A stretch of DNA of 64,000 nucleotides from the human T2T-CHM13v2.0 reference genome, Homo sapiens. The notes below the pieces were generated by a model. That model was given only the letters and a program-made list of their open reading frames with translations, was not told the origin of the DNA and did no database searches. Positions 27,201-42,480 of this stretch are shown in pieces. Location of the stretch: assembly GCF_009914755.1 (NCBI RefSeq), contig NC_060927.1. One strand, written 5' to 3'. Within the stretch, counting starts at the first letter, position 1. Every line of letters starts with the position of its first letter. The translations under genes were made by a program, and so were the position numbers.

Positions 27201-28021
27201 TTAGATCTCTTAATCATAAAATTTGAGCTTGATATTTTAGACATGATAGCTCATCAGATATTTTCAATTAAAAGTTTTCAAGATCCCAACATTTTATTCT
27301 ATAATTCTATTCCCAAGGCATCTGTAAAATAGACAAAACCTCACAACATGCAAAAACTAAAAGGCCTTACCTGTACTCAATCAATTCTTGTTTTCTTCTG
27401 TTTCTTTAGGAGTACTTTGGATTTCTCTTTCTTTTTTCTTATATTTGGCATGGGAATTGCACTTAATTTTCCTGAACTTACTCTGGGTCAAATGAAAACC
27501 TGGGATGACTTTTTGTGAGAACAATTCTTTACCACACCCTAAATGTCTGAAAATCTCCCCCATACTTTGCAAAATAATTTTGACTTTGTTTAGTTACCTA
27601 TAATGACTCATTTCTTTTCATAATGAGGATACAGCCAAAAGAATCCCTATGATGTCCTTCTCCTCAGTTTCCCTGACTTGGGTGGGTGAGAGAAGAAGGC
27701 TGCAGATTTACCAATAGCCCATCTGCTGGGTGGCCACTGGCTACCTGCCTGGATTCTGAAGGTCTTACTTTGTGTCACAGAGCCCAAACCACTCACTCTT
27801 TGTTCCAGACTAGTTCTTCCTTGCTTATTTTTAGCCTTACAGAAAGCCTCTCCCATCCCTCTCTATCGCTTTGATTAACGGCCTTTTGTTAGAGCGACAA
27901 GGATGATTCAGGTGAAACAACAGAAACACTGGCAAAGAAGAGGTTGGTTGGCAGGAAAGATGGTGGGATGGCATGTGGACAGGTCTTTGTGCAGATGGTT
28001 TCTGTCCAGTGTAGTGGCCGT

Positions 28022-28159
28022 AGCTGAGTGCTGTTGTGTGCACCTGTAATCTCAGCTACTTGGGAGACTGAGGTAGGAGGATCCCTTGAGCCCAGGAGTT
28101 CAAGGCCAGCCTGGGCAATATAGTGAGAGGTTGTCTCAAAAAAAAAAAAAAAAAAAAAA
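28022..28159 (+). mobile_element. FLAM (FLAM_A-like) free left Alu monomer
   Basis: Single monomer with aggatcccttgagcccaggagttcaaggccagcctgggcaa and a long A tail. Confidence 0.85.
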
Positions 28160-28739
28160 TCCAAAGGCCTCTTAGCTCCTGCCATTACTTCGTGGCCACA
28201 AGGGGTCCCTCTGCCCTAGATTGTCAGGTGATGGCAAAACATACAATCTTGAAGGTCAAAGAAACAATAAGGGATCTTGTAGACTTCCATTTTAAAGCCT
28301 CAGATGCAAGCTGACTCGCTGTGAGTAATTACAGTTGGAAAGAAGTTTTGTTGCTGTCGTTTGTTGTTTGTTAGTAACAATGCCTTGAACTGATTTCTGA
28401 AAAAGTATATATCCTAGAGCAGTGGCCCTAATGCCCTGAACTGCTCTGACTGAGTCTGACCTCAACTCCAGGCAGAGCCGAGGGATTCATGCTGAAAGCT
28501 AACGAAGAACCTAAATATTTTTTGAGCACCAATTATGTTCCAGACTTTGTTCTAGAACCTGAGAAGGCAGTGAACAGAGTGGAGAAAGCACTAGTGTTCA
28601 GGGAGCTTACTTAGTGGTGAGAGCAGTTATAGATAGATAAATAGCCAATAGAATTGGTAATGGTAAAGACTAAGAAAAATAAAGTGGGATAAGAAAGGTG
28701 AAGAATGACAGCAGTAAGAAAATGAAGTAAAAGACATCA

Positions 28740-30897
<2,158 letters not shown>

Positions 30898-31049
30898 AGA
30901 GAGAGAGAAAAAAAAAAGGAAGAAAGAAAGAAAAAAGAGGGAGGGAGGGAGGGAGGGAGAAAGGGAGGAAACATGTCAGGATCAGAATTTGCAGGAAGTA
31001 CCAGCAGCTTGAAAGAAGAAACAAAGGGGGTGACAAGGGTAGAGAAGAG

Positions 31050-31520
31050 GGGACTCTTTCAAAGGGGGAATATGCATCTTAAAGGCCTCTTTAATAGGGT
31101 GATGTGTATGTCAGTTGAGACTTTCAGGAAGGGAAGAAATGAACCATATGGATATCTGGAGAAAAAGAGTTCTGGGCAGAGCAAAGGCCCCTTGGCAAGC
31201 ATGTGAGCGGTGCATTTGAAGAGCAGCATGGAGATGTAGGTGGCAGAGGCAGAATGAGTGAGCGAGGCAGGGAGCATGATGTCTAAGGAGCAGGCGGGGG
31301 CCGGATAATGTGGGGCTGGCAGAGCCCCATTGGGATGACTTCGGATTTTTACTGAGTAAAATGGAGAGTAATTGCAGGGGTTTGAGCAGATAACATGCCC
31401 CGATTTCCCATTTACAAAGACCAAAATATACTGCAGTGTGGCAAATAGGCTGTGAGGGATGGAGTGTGAGGGAAGTGGTAAAGCCAGGGAGGATGCCATT
31501 GGCACAGTTCAGGTGAGATG
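31050..31520 (-). mobile_element. L2 fragment
   Basis: Antisense L2 motifs (aaaggcctct...ctgggcagagc...gatttccatttacaaaga-type segments). Confidence 0.6.
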
Positions 31521-31959
31521 GCTTTCTGTCTCTATGCTGTGCTTTAGTTTCTCTCTTATAATTAAGGAGACAATAGAAATAGAAATTTAGTAGAAAGAGA
31601 ACCTACAGTCTGAAAATAGCACACACCACTTAAAAGCAAAATTTCCTGGAAAAGTGTGGACAAATGGCCATCATCCACAGTGCATAAAAATGTTTGCTTC
31701 CAATTTAACACTCTGCATGATGTTAATTAATGGCATAAGTACGTGTTTGATGTCTTTCTCCCACGTTAGGCTGAAAGCTTCACAATGGTCAGAACCATGT
31801 CCATTGTGTTCTGGAACATTGTGCTAAGTCCCTGGTGTCTAGAACAGGGTCTGACACAAAATACATCCTCAAAAAAACCCAAAACAAAACTCATTGAATG
31901 AATCAATTAACGAGCCGTTGTCAATCATCTTGTCCCTAGTTATTTCAATGTGTGCTGAA

Positions 31960-32280
31960 GGCAGTAGGTGACCACCAAGCATCTGTGTCCTCCTCTATAT
32001 TTCCCAGCCTTCCTTGCAGTTAGCTATGGCCATGTGACTGTTGCTGGCCAGCAAAAAGTGAACAGAAACAAGTACTAAGATGGTAGCTGGAGTGTATTCT
32101 GCATCATTCGATTCTCTTGTGAGATGGTCTTGCAGGCTACAGATTCTAGATGGCAGAGCCTACAAGATGGAGTAGGACAACCTGACCTATGTAAGATTTA
32201 ACAAGAGTTAGAAACAAATGTTTTTTCAGTTTGGCCAATGAGATTTTTCTTTTGTGGCAGTAAATACTATTGCTTTAACA
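31960..32280 (+). mobile_element. MaLR MLT1 (J-like) LTR fragment
   Basis: atttcccagccttccttgcagttagctatggccatgtgactg. Confidence 0.6.
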
Positions 32281-34169
32281 TATTATGTTTTTTCCCCCCA
32301 TTTTCCGAGTACAAGCCTTTGTAGTATACTCCAAACTGCTGGATTATTTTGGATAATGACAGTTGGAAATTGCCTGCTGCTTCTCAAGTTTAATTTTCCT
32401 TTCCACTGTCTCCTTCTTACAGGGCAAGACGTTAATGCTTCTCAAATATTCTCATCACATTTGAAATCACGACAGTAGCAGAGTGGCATATTTCATAATT
32501 TCTATAAGGCACTCAGTGTAGTTGGACCCAAGGCCCTGGTGATAATAATGGAAGCAACCTAGTCCAGTTCTAAAAAATAGGGCTGGACATCCTCTCATAA
32601 TTTTTCCAACAATTGGAGGTGAAAGTGTGAAGTCTTCATTCAGCTGGGAAAGGGGTTGGCAGATGTTTGGAAGAGATGAGCATTGGCTGAGCTCCATTGT
32701 AAATGTTCTCGACTTGATTTGTTCACTTCATCTCTTTATTCTGCCCACTCAACTCCATTCTCAATTTCTTGTTACCCAGAAAGTAGTCTGTGGGATCTAG
32801 TTATTAGGATAACTAATGTTTTATGTTTTATTTTTAACACTAAGCCAGCAAATCCACTATTTTTACCTATTATATCTGGAATAAAAGAACACAATTAGAA
32901 GTTCAATAAAAATAGTTTATTTTAGTAAGAGAAGGAACATGCAGACAGGATAGAATTCACCCCCAAGAGTATTTAGAGTTCTACGTCAATCTTTTCATCT
33001 ACTATTTACCCTGTACTGACCCAAGTACCATATACAGCTTTTCAATAGTAATTGCAATTAACATTTGTTAAAACTTGCATACCTCCTCCTCTGCACAGAG
33101 CAATTCACTCAAATAGTTCCTAAGGGACAAGTGGTTCCTGGAATCAGCTGAAAGTGGAAGTAGTGCTGGTAGCCCCAGGACTACCCCAAGGCACAGAGAG
33201 GGTAACCCAGGCTGCAGTGGCACTCCATGCTGTGGCACTCCGCTGGCTGCTGGCTTTTTCATATCCCTGCAGGATACTCTGAACCATGGAAGGAGCCTAT
33301 GCAAGTGAAGCATGCCCTGAAGCTTAAGCTTAAGCTTATTAGTTTCCAGGTAAATTCACCACTGCTGTCAACACATAAGGATCCGTTGATCCTATAAGGC
33401 AGGGACAAATTGTTCAACTGAAGAGTTTGATCCACAGGAACAAAGGATTTGTTCCTATAATCCTTCCATGGCCCAGACAGTTCGTATTATTACCAACATT
33501 TACAGGTCGGGAAACTAAGGATCATGGAGAGAGGTATCTTTTCCCAAAGCCCCACAGCCAGACAGTGGGTAGGAGTGCCAAGATTCCCACCAGCCTTGCC
33601 CTTTGCACACACTGAGGTTTGCAGCCACTAGTTCCATTGTTGGTCTTTCTGGCCAGGAGAGGACGTGAGAGAGCAGAGGAGAAGCTTTGACAACGGAGGT
33701 GATGGAGAACCTTGGAAGTTCCTCCTCATAGCCTTCCTCCTGCCCTGACTTCCCATCAGCTGAAGAGGGTCTCCCCTTCTCCACATGCATATTTGTTTGT
33801 GCTTTATGAATTTTTTCCTTCTGATGAGGTCCTTTGTGAAAAGTTTACTTCCTTTGCTCCCGTAAAATTGGTAAGGGTGACATGCCCCAACTGCAAACCC
33901 AACAATCACCCACACTCCTGGGGCTCCCCTGGGTCCTTCAGCCACTGTGATTTGGCCCAATGCCTCTCACCCCCTCACCCAGCAAAGGGTTTAGGCCCTG
34001 TACCCTACATCCTTGTCATGATCTTATTCACTCATTCATTCATTTATTCAAAAATATTTACTGGTTGTCAACTTTGTGCCTGACACTATAATAAGAATAG
34101 CTGGGAACACTGTGACACTTCTTCAGTGTGGAAATATTCCACCCTCCTCTGTGATCATCAGGTTTGTGT

Positions 34170-34348
34170 GCATGTGTTTGCTTATTTGTTTTAGAGACAG
34201 GGTGTCTCTATGTTGCCAGGCTGGAGTGCAGTGGCTATTCACAGGTGCAATCATAACACGCTACAGCTCCAAACTCCTGGGCTCAAGCAATCCTCCTGCA
34301 TCAGCCTCCCAAGTAGCTGGACCTACAGATGCATACCACGTCACCAGC
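34170..34348 (-). mobile_element. FAM (fossil Alu monomer, 7SL-derived)
   Basis: Monomer retains the 7SL-type segment gtgcagtggctattcacaggtgcaatc that is absent from dimeric Alu arms. Confidence 0.8.
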
Positions 34349-34350
34349 TC

Positions 34351-34751
34351 TGTGATGGTTAGTTATATGTGTTAACTTAGGCCCACTCCCCAGTTATTCA
34401 ATCAAATACTAATCTAGGTGCCCCAACACAGGTATTTTATGGATGGTAGTTAAAGTCCAAAATCAGTTGACTGTAAGTAAGGAAATTTTCCTCAATAACC
34501 TGGGTGGCCTGATTCAATCAGTTGAAAAGCCTTAAGAGCAAAGCTGAGGTTTCTTTGAAGAAGAAAAAATTCTGCCTAAAACTGCAGCTCCAGCTCCTGC
34601 CCAAGAGTTCAGCCTGCCAGTCCTCCTGGACCTGCGGATTTTAGTCTTGCCTACCCAGTCCCCAGAATCACATAAAGCAGTTCTTTGCTATGAATGTCTT
34701 ATTATATGTCTCCTATTGGTTCTGTTTCTCTGGGTAATCCCCACCAATACA
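34351..34751 (+). mobile_element. MLT2 (B/C/D-like) ERVL solo LTR
   Basis: tgtgatggttagttatatgtgttaac start; aatcagttgactgtaagtaagg; tcctattggttctgtttctctgg near end. Confidence 0.85.
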
Positions 34752-36217
34752 CCCTGCTTGACACCTATGAAGTTATCCATTTCGATCATACTCATTTTGT
34801 CAGTCTTTGGCTTGCAGAGAAAGATAAGAGAAATGTTAAAGTTGGCAAAGTAACTTGGTTGCCTTCAATGGTGATCTCACCTCAGTAAAATCTGAGGCAG
34901 GTCACCATTTTAGGTGACTTCAAAGTTTCTGGGATAGGGTGGAAAATGGGACAGGAGCTCAGAATGGGAAAATCAGATGCCATGCCATTGCTGGTCCCGG
35001 TTTGATTGGCCACCAAGAGGCCACCAGGCCTCACACGGCTGTTCCAGGGAAGTCCACTCCCATCAACAAAGCAAAAGTATGTGACACAAAGTGTGGATTA
35101 CTCCCTAAAAGGCCCCATCTTAGTTGCTTTTAAGTAACAAAGGTGTTTCTATTTAATACTTTAGTTGGTGCCTGGCTCATACATTGTTAACATCTTTGAG
35201 GAAAACAACTGAGGAATGGCATTGTCAAAATCTGTCATAGGCTCTAAAAACTCAGATTTCTATTTCGTGATGTATAAAATTCGAGGAGCAGACTTCCCAA
35301 GTTTCTTTCCAATGCCAACATACTTATGTTTCTCTTTGATAAACCTGTCAGTTTTTATTACCAATTAGAATAGCCTACAAAGTAAAAAATGTTTGGCAAT
35401 GGATTTGGGTGGGCAGTCCTCAGAGAACCTGAATTGTGGAAAATCAGCCTTATCAGGAGGTCTATCCCAGAGTGGGAGAGCCAGCTGCAGTCCCCTAGAA
35501 AGTTACAAGCCTACCTTCTGAGAGACACTTGCACAAGTACGGGAATTCTTCTGAAACGGAGAACTCTGCCAATTGCTGTTTATCACAGTTTCTCGGTTTG
35601 CTTTTCAAGTACCAGACTGTGAGAGAATTACCTTCATTGCTAAGACAATATTTGTTTCCTTAGCTTCTCAGTGAGTGAACAGTGACCCAAAACCTGGGGC
35701 CAATATGTGTAAGACTTTGGAGAAAAGAAAGATTTTGTGAGGGAAAGGGAAAAGGGGTCGTCTGAATTTGGATTGAGATTAGTTTGATTGGGTAATGGAA
35801 AACAACCAAAAAACAAACTAATTCTTTGTCAAATCCCACCACAGAGGCACATTTCAAAAAAAAAGACATCAATGCCCCTGAAATCAGGGAAAAGGCCACC
35901 ACAGGAATTTCAAATTTCCATCACCACAAACATCCTCCAGCAGTCAGCACCAAAGCCAGATCACGTGACCTCCAATCCATCTGTAGACTGAAACGATAAC
36001 TTGTTTCAGTTATTTCAAAAATTTCACAGACTTTATACGACTTGTTCCCAAATCTATATAGATGGTGTGATAAGGAACCAAATATAAATTATATTTAAAA
36101 GCCCTACTGATCCCTAGTAGCTTTTCAGTCTTTTCATCACTCAAGTCACTGAAAGTCTAACTACTTGTACACCAAGAACCATTTTTGACTTTGAAAGAAG
36201 GTCCTCTGAGCACAAAG

Positions 36218-36922
36218 TGAAACTGCCTTTGCAAAAATTGTAACTGAGGAAATTATGACAGTGAAAGACATCAGACCTAACCAACTCCATCTTGCTTCTA
36301 ACCTTTAAGCTGTCCTTGTTCATTCCTGGGCACAGGGCAAACTAAGCTTAGAAAGAAATTTAGTTGTTTATAGTTTAACTCTGAAACAAACTAAATAATA
36401 GCCCTTTGACTGGAACCAGTCTGCCTTTGTAGGACTAAGAGATTAGCTACAAGATTAAAAATTATGGTTTAGGGACAATGCAACCTCTGACTGCAAGAGT
36501 CTGAACCTCCCCAAATTGCTCCTGGGAATACCATCACTATTGTAAAAGTCAAGATTAGTGCCCGAGATATTTTGCAGACTCTGCACTTCATGCACCAGCT
36601 GATACCACCCAGACGCGTAATCTGGCTCAACCAGTTCTTTGATCTCACCCAGGAACAGAAGACAGCAAAAAATATTCACTTCAACCCCCTATGATTCCAT
36701 CTCTAACCTGACCAGTCAGCACTCCCCACTTCCTGAGCTCCTGGCCGCCAAATTGTCCTTAAAAACTCCGATCCCCAAATGCTCCGAGAGACTGATTTGA
36801 GTAATAATAAAACTCCGGTCTCCTGCACAGTGCGCCATGCATGAATTACTCTTTCCCCATTGCAGTTTCCCTGTCTTGATAAATCGGCTTTCTCTAGGCA
36901 AGGTGAACCGTTCGGCAGTTAA
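36218..36922 (+). mobile_element. LTR8/LTR8A ERV1 solo LTR, full length
   Basis: tgaaactgcctttgcaaaaattgtaactgaggaaattatgacagtgaaag start; aataaa near 36805; ggcaaggtgaaccgttcggcagtta end. Confidence 0.88.
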
Positions 36923-39900
36923 GAAAAAGTTGGATCCATTGTATTATAGATGAGGAAGAAGAAGCTATGCACTACCAGGCTTGCCCTGCTGGCCCGTCCT
37001 TGGCTTCGTGGAGTCCCGCCAAGCCCACAGTTGCTGGTTCTGTCCACACACTCTCCCACCGCAGTTGTCAGACATGAAAGACATCCCCAGCTGTCTAGAG
37101 TGAGAGGGGACACAGAGAGGAGGCTGCAAGGCCTGCCTGTGTTTGTGCCTTAACCTTTAAAAGCAGGGCCCTGCAAAAGGACAAGGGCAGTTTAATTTAA
37201 ATCTCTCTGGAGCTTAAACTCAGCTCTTTTCTTTTGTTTTTTTGATTCCACCTTGTTGCTCTTTCCTTTCTTGCTGGATTGTGTTTGCATTTTCTCCTGA
37301 ATGTGTGGTTTCCATCTCGTCCAGCAGATCTAAGGTAATTTCAGTTTTGTTTCTAAAAATGTCATTGTCTGCTTCTTTCCCACCGTCTGTCTTTTGTCTT
37401 TGGACAATGTGAATATTTAGCTGCATAACACATAGAGATTCTCTTCCCAGTGCTTTATTTTAGGACTACCCAGATCTGATGTAGTCAATAAAACACTCAT
37501 CTGTCAGTTTTTTAGCTCTAATATGATGTCTAATGAATACGTTAAGTGACATCACATGAAGCAGAACTGTGGGCTACTGCATTTTTTTTTTTTTTTTTTT
37601 TGCCTGCATATTTTTTGGTACAGGAAAAGTAAGACACTAGATTTTGGATATGCTTTCCTATTTTCTTAAACAAACTCTAACAGTTGTTATCTGTCAAACC
37701 CAGGGGACTTCAAATGCTGATACTTGGTGTCTTCAATATGACTACATACATAATCTGGAAATAGTCTAGCCTTCATTTCGTAAAAGCACACATTGTGTTT
37801 TTGCTGCAGGCATCTCAATGTTGGAATAATGTCTTATTCTTAGACTTTATGTTTTTCCATTCTTAAGTAATCCTGAAACTAGCTCAATACATTGAGCTGG
37901 CTATGTTGTTTTTCAGATGGATTTCCTGAATTGCTAGCATCAAGTACTTTGCTCTCTTTTCATGACACCCCACTTCTATTTATAGCCAACAGATGATCAG
38001 AAGCCAGGGTCAAGGACAGTTGCTGTTTGGTCAAGCCCAGCTGTTGAACGCTGATTGGTAACTGGCAAGGTGTGGCAATTGCCATCTGGCCATGCCAGGG
38101 TCCTGATAGCACTGCCAGCATTTGTTTAATTCAGGCAAAGCAGCTAACTTCAGCTTGCTCTGCTGAAGCAAACCTGTTTTGGACATCTCAACTGGTAAAA
38201 TTGGTTCCTGAGTTTAAATCCAACTTGAAAATTTAAAGCAGCACCATCTGAGTCATTGGGGTCTATCAAGACACACTTTATATCCCCCTTGGTTCAGATT
38301 CAGAGACAGAAGCATGTAGTCTCAATTCCTTTCTGACGAACAGCATTGAGTACTTCTGCAGAACATAAACTAGAAAACCAATTTCTGTAGCTCAGAAAGA
38401 TGAGTATTTTTATGGCTCTCCATACTGGAAGGGAGAGATGCATTAAATCAATCATATGAATTAACATGGCATCGTGGAGCAGTATCCTCCAGAAATTAGA
38501 TCAGCCCCTAAAAGAAATCAAGTCACTGTTAAATGGTGGAGTATACATTCTGTTAGTGAGTGACTTGACACTTGTGAGGGTTGAGGGACTGGTGGGAAAA
38601 ATGCCTGCTCTCTTGGTTAAAACTTTACTGGGACTGGTATTCAGAACTCTTGGCAAGATTTATGCAGATCCTGCTTTGTACTTGCAAATTACTTTCACAA
38701 TAATTTCAATCGTTATTAATCAGCAGGCATTGTGTGAATGACAGATGCTATATAATCTCTACAAAACAGTCCTCAGGATCTGGTATTCCACAGTCATTTT
38801 CCCCGTGCAAGGACCAACAAAGCCCAGCATCTTCGCCATCTTTCTGGGAGAGGTTGGAATGTTTTCCCTTTTTTACGAGAGGAAATTGAGTCACAGTAAG
38901 AATAAATGCCTCTCTGGGAGCCAGGATGACACTCGACCTCAGTTTCTCTCTTAGAATTAAAGGACCCCGGCAAGCGTTCACAAGGAAATGCATTTCCTTC
39001 CTGGAGACAGCAATTTTACTTTGAGGATAAAAATTAGTAAGATGCCTTCCTCATAAAAATCTTATTGAGGCTCTCAGAATATAAACTTTGGATATTCTCA
39101 TGTTCAGAGACCCTGTTTTTAAGGGACCCTGTGTGGTTTGGTGGGCCAAGAGCATCCACTTTGGGGCCCACGCGGCCCAGTGTTGAATCCTAGCTCTGCT
39201 ACTCAGTTTGTGACCAGATGCTAGCTGGGAGAGGTGGGTGTCCCTCTGAGTCCTGAGTTTCTGTTTGCATGGCCTGGGCTCAGATGCTCACTTAGGGCGG
39301 AGCACAGGTCAGATGGGCTGTGGGTTACAGCTGCAGCCTGGGCTCTGGTTATTCCCACCCCTTTCTTTCTCACCCATCCTGGATAGAATCTGTGGTTAAG
39401 AACCACTGTATGGATACATAGAGTGAATCTTTGTCAAATATAATATTTAGTAGTTGTATGATTAAATTTAAAGGCATCTCTGGCAAAATCCCAAATAGTC
39501 TTACTGATAGCCTTTCTAGTTGTGTGTAGGAAGTGAGTGTGTTTCTGACAGGTTTTGAGATGAGAAATACCACACACAAAAGAAAATCCAAACCATTAGG
39601 GTATTTGACTGATAAAATATCTTTTACTGTACGGATCATGAAGAGATAATTCAATACAGATGGTTAATGAAGATATTTTTACTTCATTGGTAATTTCAAG
39701 AAATACAAATTCAAAGAACAACAAAATCAAATTTTCACCTGCTACGTTTGTAGATTTAAAAAGAAGATTGACTACTGGTGAGGATGCAGAAAGATGGGCA
39801 ATCCCGTTTGTGGTTGGCCAGAAATTTGATACAATTTTTATTATACATAGATAAATAACTTCCTAGTACCAAATTTTCTGCCAGTTATTAATACTGAGTG

Positions 39901-40420
39901 TTATTAACACTGGGAAGTTATTTGTCAATATATAACAAAAAGCCTTTAAAATGTTTATATCTTTCAACCGAGTCATCTATTTTAAAGAAATAATAATTTT
40001 GTAAAGGAAACAAAAAGTTATACTCAAAGATATCCTTGCAGTGCTACAATTTTTAATGGGGAGAATTGGAAACAAGCTCAGAACAATAAAAGGGTGGGTG
40101 GTTAAATATGCTACTTAGAATGAAATATGCTGGCATTAAAATGAGATTTTAGTAATAATCTATGGTCATAGCTACCATTTATGAAGAGTTTACTATATGC
40201 CAGGCCCCAAGCTAAGCACTTTGAAAATATATTATTTTATTTAAATCTTATTACAACAGATTAGTAACCTCCCAACTTCCAACAATTTTATCACCTCATT
40301 TAAACTCATTTGACAAATTAGAAAATGGGGGAAAAAAGTGTTAACATGAGCAAATTCTCTTGATATTCCTTTAAGCAAAAAAAAAAAAAAAAAAAAAGGA
40401 AGTATACAAAGTTGTATGCA

Positions 40421-40775
40421 CAGTAGTCCCCTCTTATCTGCTTATCTGCATGGGATGCCTTCCAAGACCCCCCACCAGATGCCTGAAACCTCAAATAGTA
40501 CTGAATCCTATATATTCTCTGTTTTTTCAAACTGATAACCAAAACAACTACTATGTGGTATACATCGTGGGTATTCTGGACAAAAGGATATTTCACATTT
40601 CAGGAGGACCTAGTGGGACAGCGTGGGAGTTCATCAAGCACCTTAGAATATTGCACGATTTTAAACTTATGAATTGTTTATTTCTGGAATTTTTCATTTA
40701 CTATTTTCAGACTGCAGTTGACTGCAAATAACTAAAACGTTGGAAAGTGAAAGTGCAGGTGAGAAGGGACTGCCG
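40421..40775 (-). mobile_element. MER44A-like TcMar-Tigger non-autonomous element
   Basis: Terminal inverted repeats cagtagtcccctcttatc / gagaagggactgccg followed by TA. Confidence 0.8.
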
Positions 40776-41269
40776 TAGTTTCAGCTCAACTATAGAAGTA
40801 CAATAAACCCACTCATAATCTTGTAAGTAGGAATAAAACTCCAAACTGCATAAAGTGCAGGTTTGTATTATTACCAAGTTCCTGAAGTATCAGTGGGGGC
40901 TGGAAGGTGGAGGACAGCTCCATCGCTAGTCATTCACATGCATTATTCTGGATACATGAAGTTTAGTGAGAAATTTACCGAGATGTTGAGTGATTTTTCT
41001 CTGTATTGTAGCATTATGGGTAATTTATGCTTTTCTGGCTTTTCCACATTTTCTACAATTAGCATGTAGACGTATTGCATTAAAAATGCTTTGAAAAGTT
41101 TAGAAAACTTAAAGCAATTTGTTTTACTAATTTTTTAAAATAAGAGGGCAATGACATCTCTATTCTTTACAGTCCTTTTAGATCTGACAGCTCAGTAATT
41201 TAGACAGGAGAGAGAAAAGACAAAGCCCAGTGGTCAGAGGGAAATGGGAGGTGTGTCCCCTCCCAGCTA

Positions 41270-41880
41270 CAGTGAGGGGGCCACGTGACGCCTGTGGCAG
41301 CATCTGTGGTCACATATGTTACAAGTGAAAAAAATATCACAATGAGGTTGGTAAAGCCTTGGGCATTACCCAACCTCATGTAGCTACCAAAATGTTTATT
41401 AAAAAACTATTTACAAAAGAAAGAAAGACACTATTAAGGGGTAAAACCAGTTTTCTGTATTATCTAAGAATAGAGATGCTCCCCCAAGTTAGCATGAGAG
41501 GCTAATTAGGGAACAGCGCTCTTTGACAAGAAACAAGAAGCAGGCTGGTCTCCTTCTGCTGTTTGCAGGATCTTTGAAAACTGAACTGAAGTTAACTTTG
41601 AGGCCGGCCCAGCATTTGTTAAATCTGAGCTTCTGAAGCTGCCGCAGCTGCAAGGTGTGCTCCCAGCTCCTGCAGCAACCCAAGTAACCGGGGGAAGTGC
41701 CGGAGGTGGTGAGCAGAAGCAGGGAGAGGGGCGATCCCCCTGCAGGATGGGATGCCAGGCCCAGGGTTGGGCCTTACAGGAAGTGCCCAGCTTTTGTTGA
41801 GGTGGCTGTGCCAAGCAGCAGAGGGCCCGCCCTTGTTTGTTGGGGTTTTCCTACTGGGTTCCGTGATGAGGTGGCTTAAA
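41270..41880. promoter_or_regulatory. GC-elevated candidate enhancer
   Basis: CACGTGAC 41282, ACAGGAAGTG 41776-41785, CTCF-like gcagcagagggccc 41815-41828, CCCGCCC 41826-41832, several retained CpGs. Confidence 0.4.
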
Positions 41881-42324
41881 AGCAGAAGACTCAGAGAACC
41901 CTAAACGCTGGCTCAGGCCTGAAGGCTGAAGTTAGGTGCATTTAGAGAAATCGTTCATGTATGCAGGGGGCAGCTGGAGCAGCTGAGAGAGAGAAATGTC
42001 AAGTATTAGGTTCCAGATGGGCTCCTAGCAACATAATGCTAATTTTCCAGAGTGCTTTCACCTTTCTTCAGAGCCACTCATTCGTTCCTTCAACTGATGT
42101 TTACTCAGTATTGTTATAGGCACTGGAGAAGCCAAGATAAATAAGACACCTTTGCTGCCCATCCAGGTAGGAGACAGAGAACCAACAAACACATTTCAGT
42201 GTGGTGAGTGCTGTGGTGGGCCCAAGACCAGGGCACTGTGGGCACTCCCTGGAGAAGAACCTCACCGAAGCCAGGGGTTCAAGGAAGTGATAATATCTGA
42301 GCTATGTCTTACTTTGGTGCGTCT

Positions 42325-42480
42325 CCGATTGTAACGGATGCAAAAAGCACTTGGGGATCGTGTTAAAATGCAGGTTCTGATTCAGCAGGGTTGGGTGGAG
42401 CCTGAGATTTTGCGTTTTTAACAAGCTCCCAAGTAATGCCAATGCTGCTGGTCCAAGGTCCACATTTCAAGTAGCAAAGT
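42325..42480. mobile_element. MER5A inserted in an L2 fragment
   Basis: ttaaaatgcaggttctgattcagcagg...taacaagctcccaagtaatgccaatgctgctggtcc. Confidence 0.8.
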
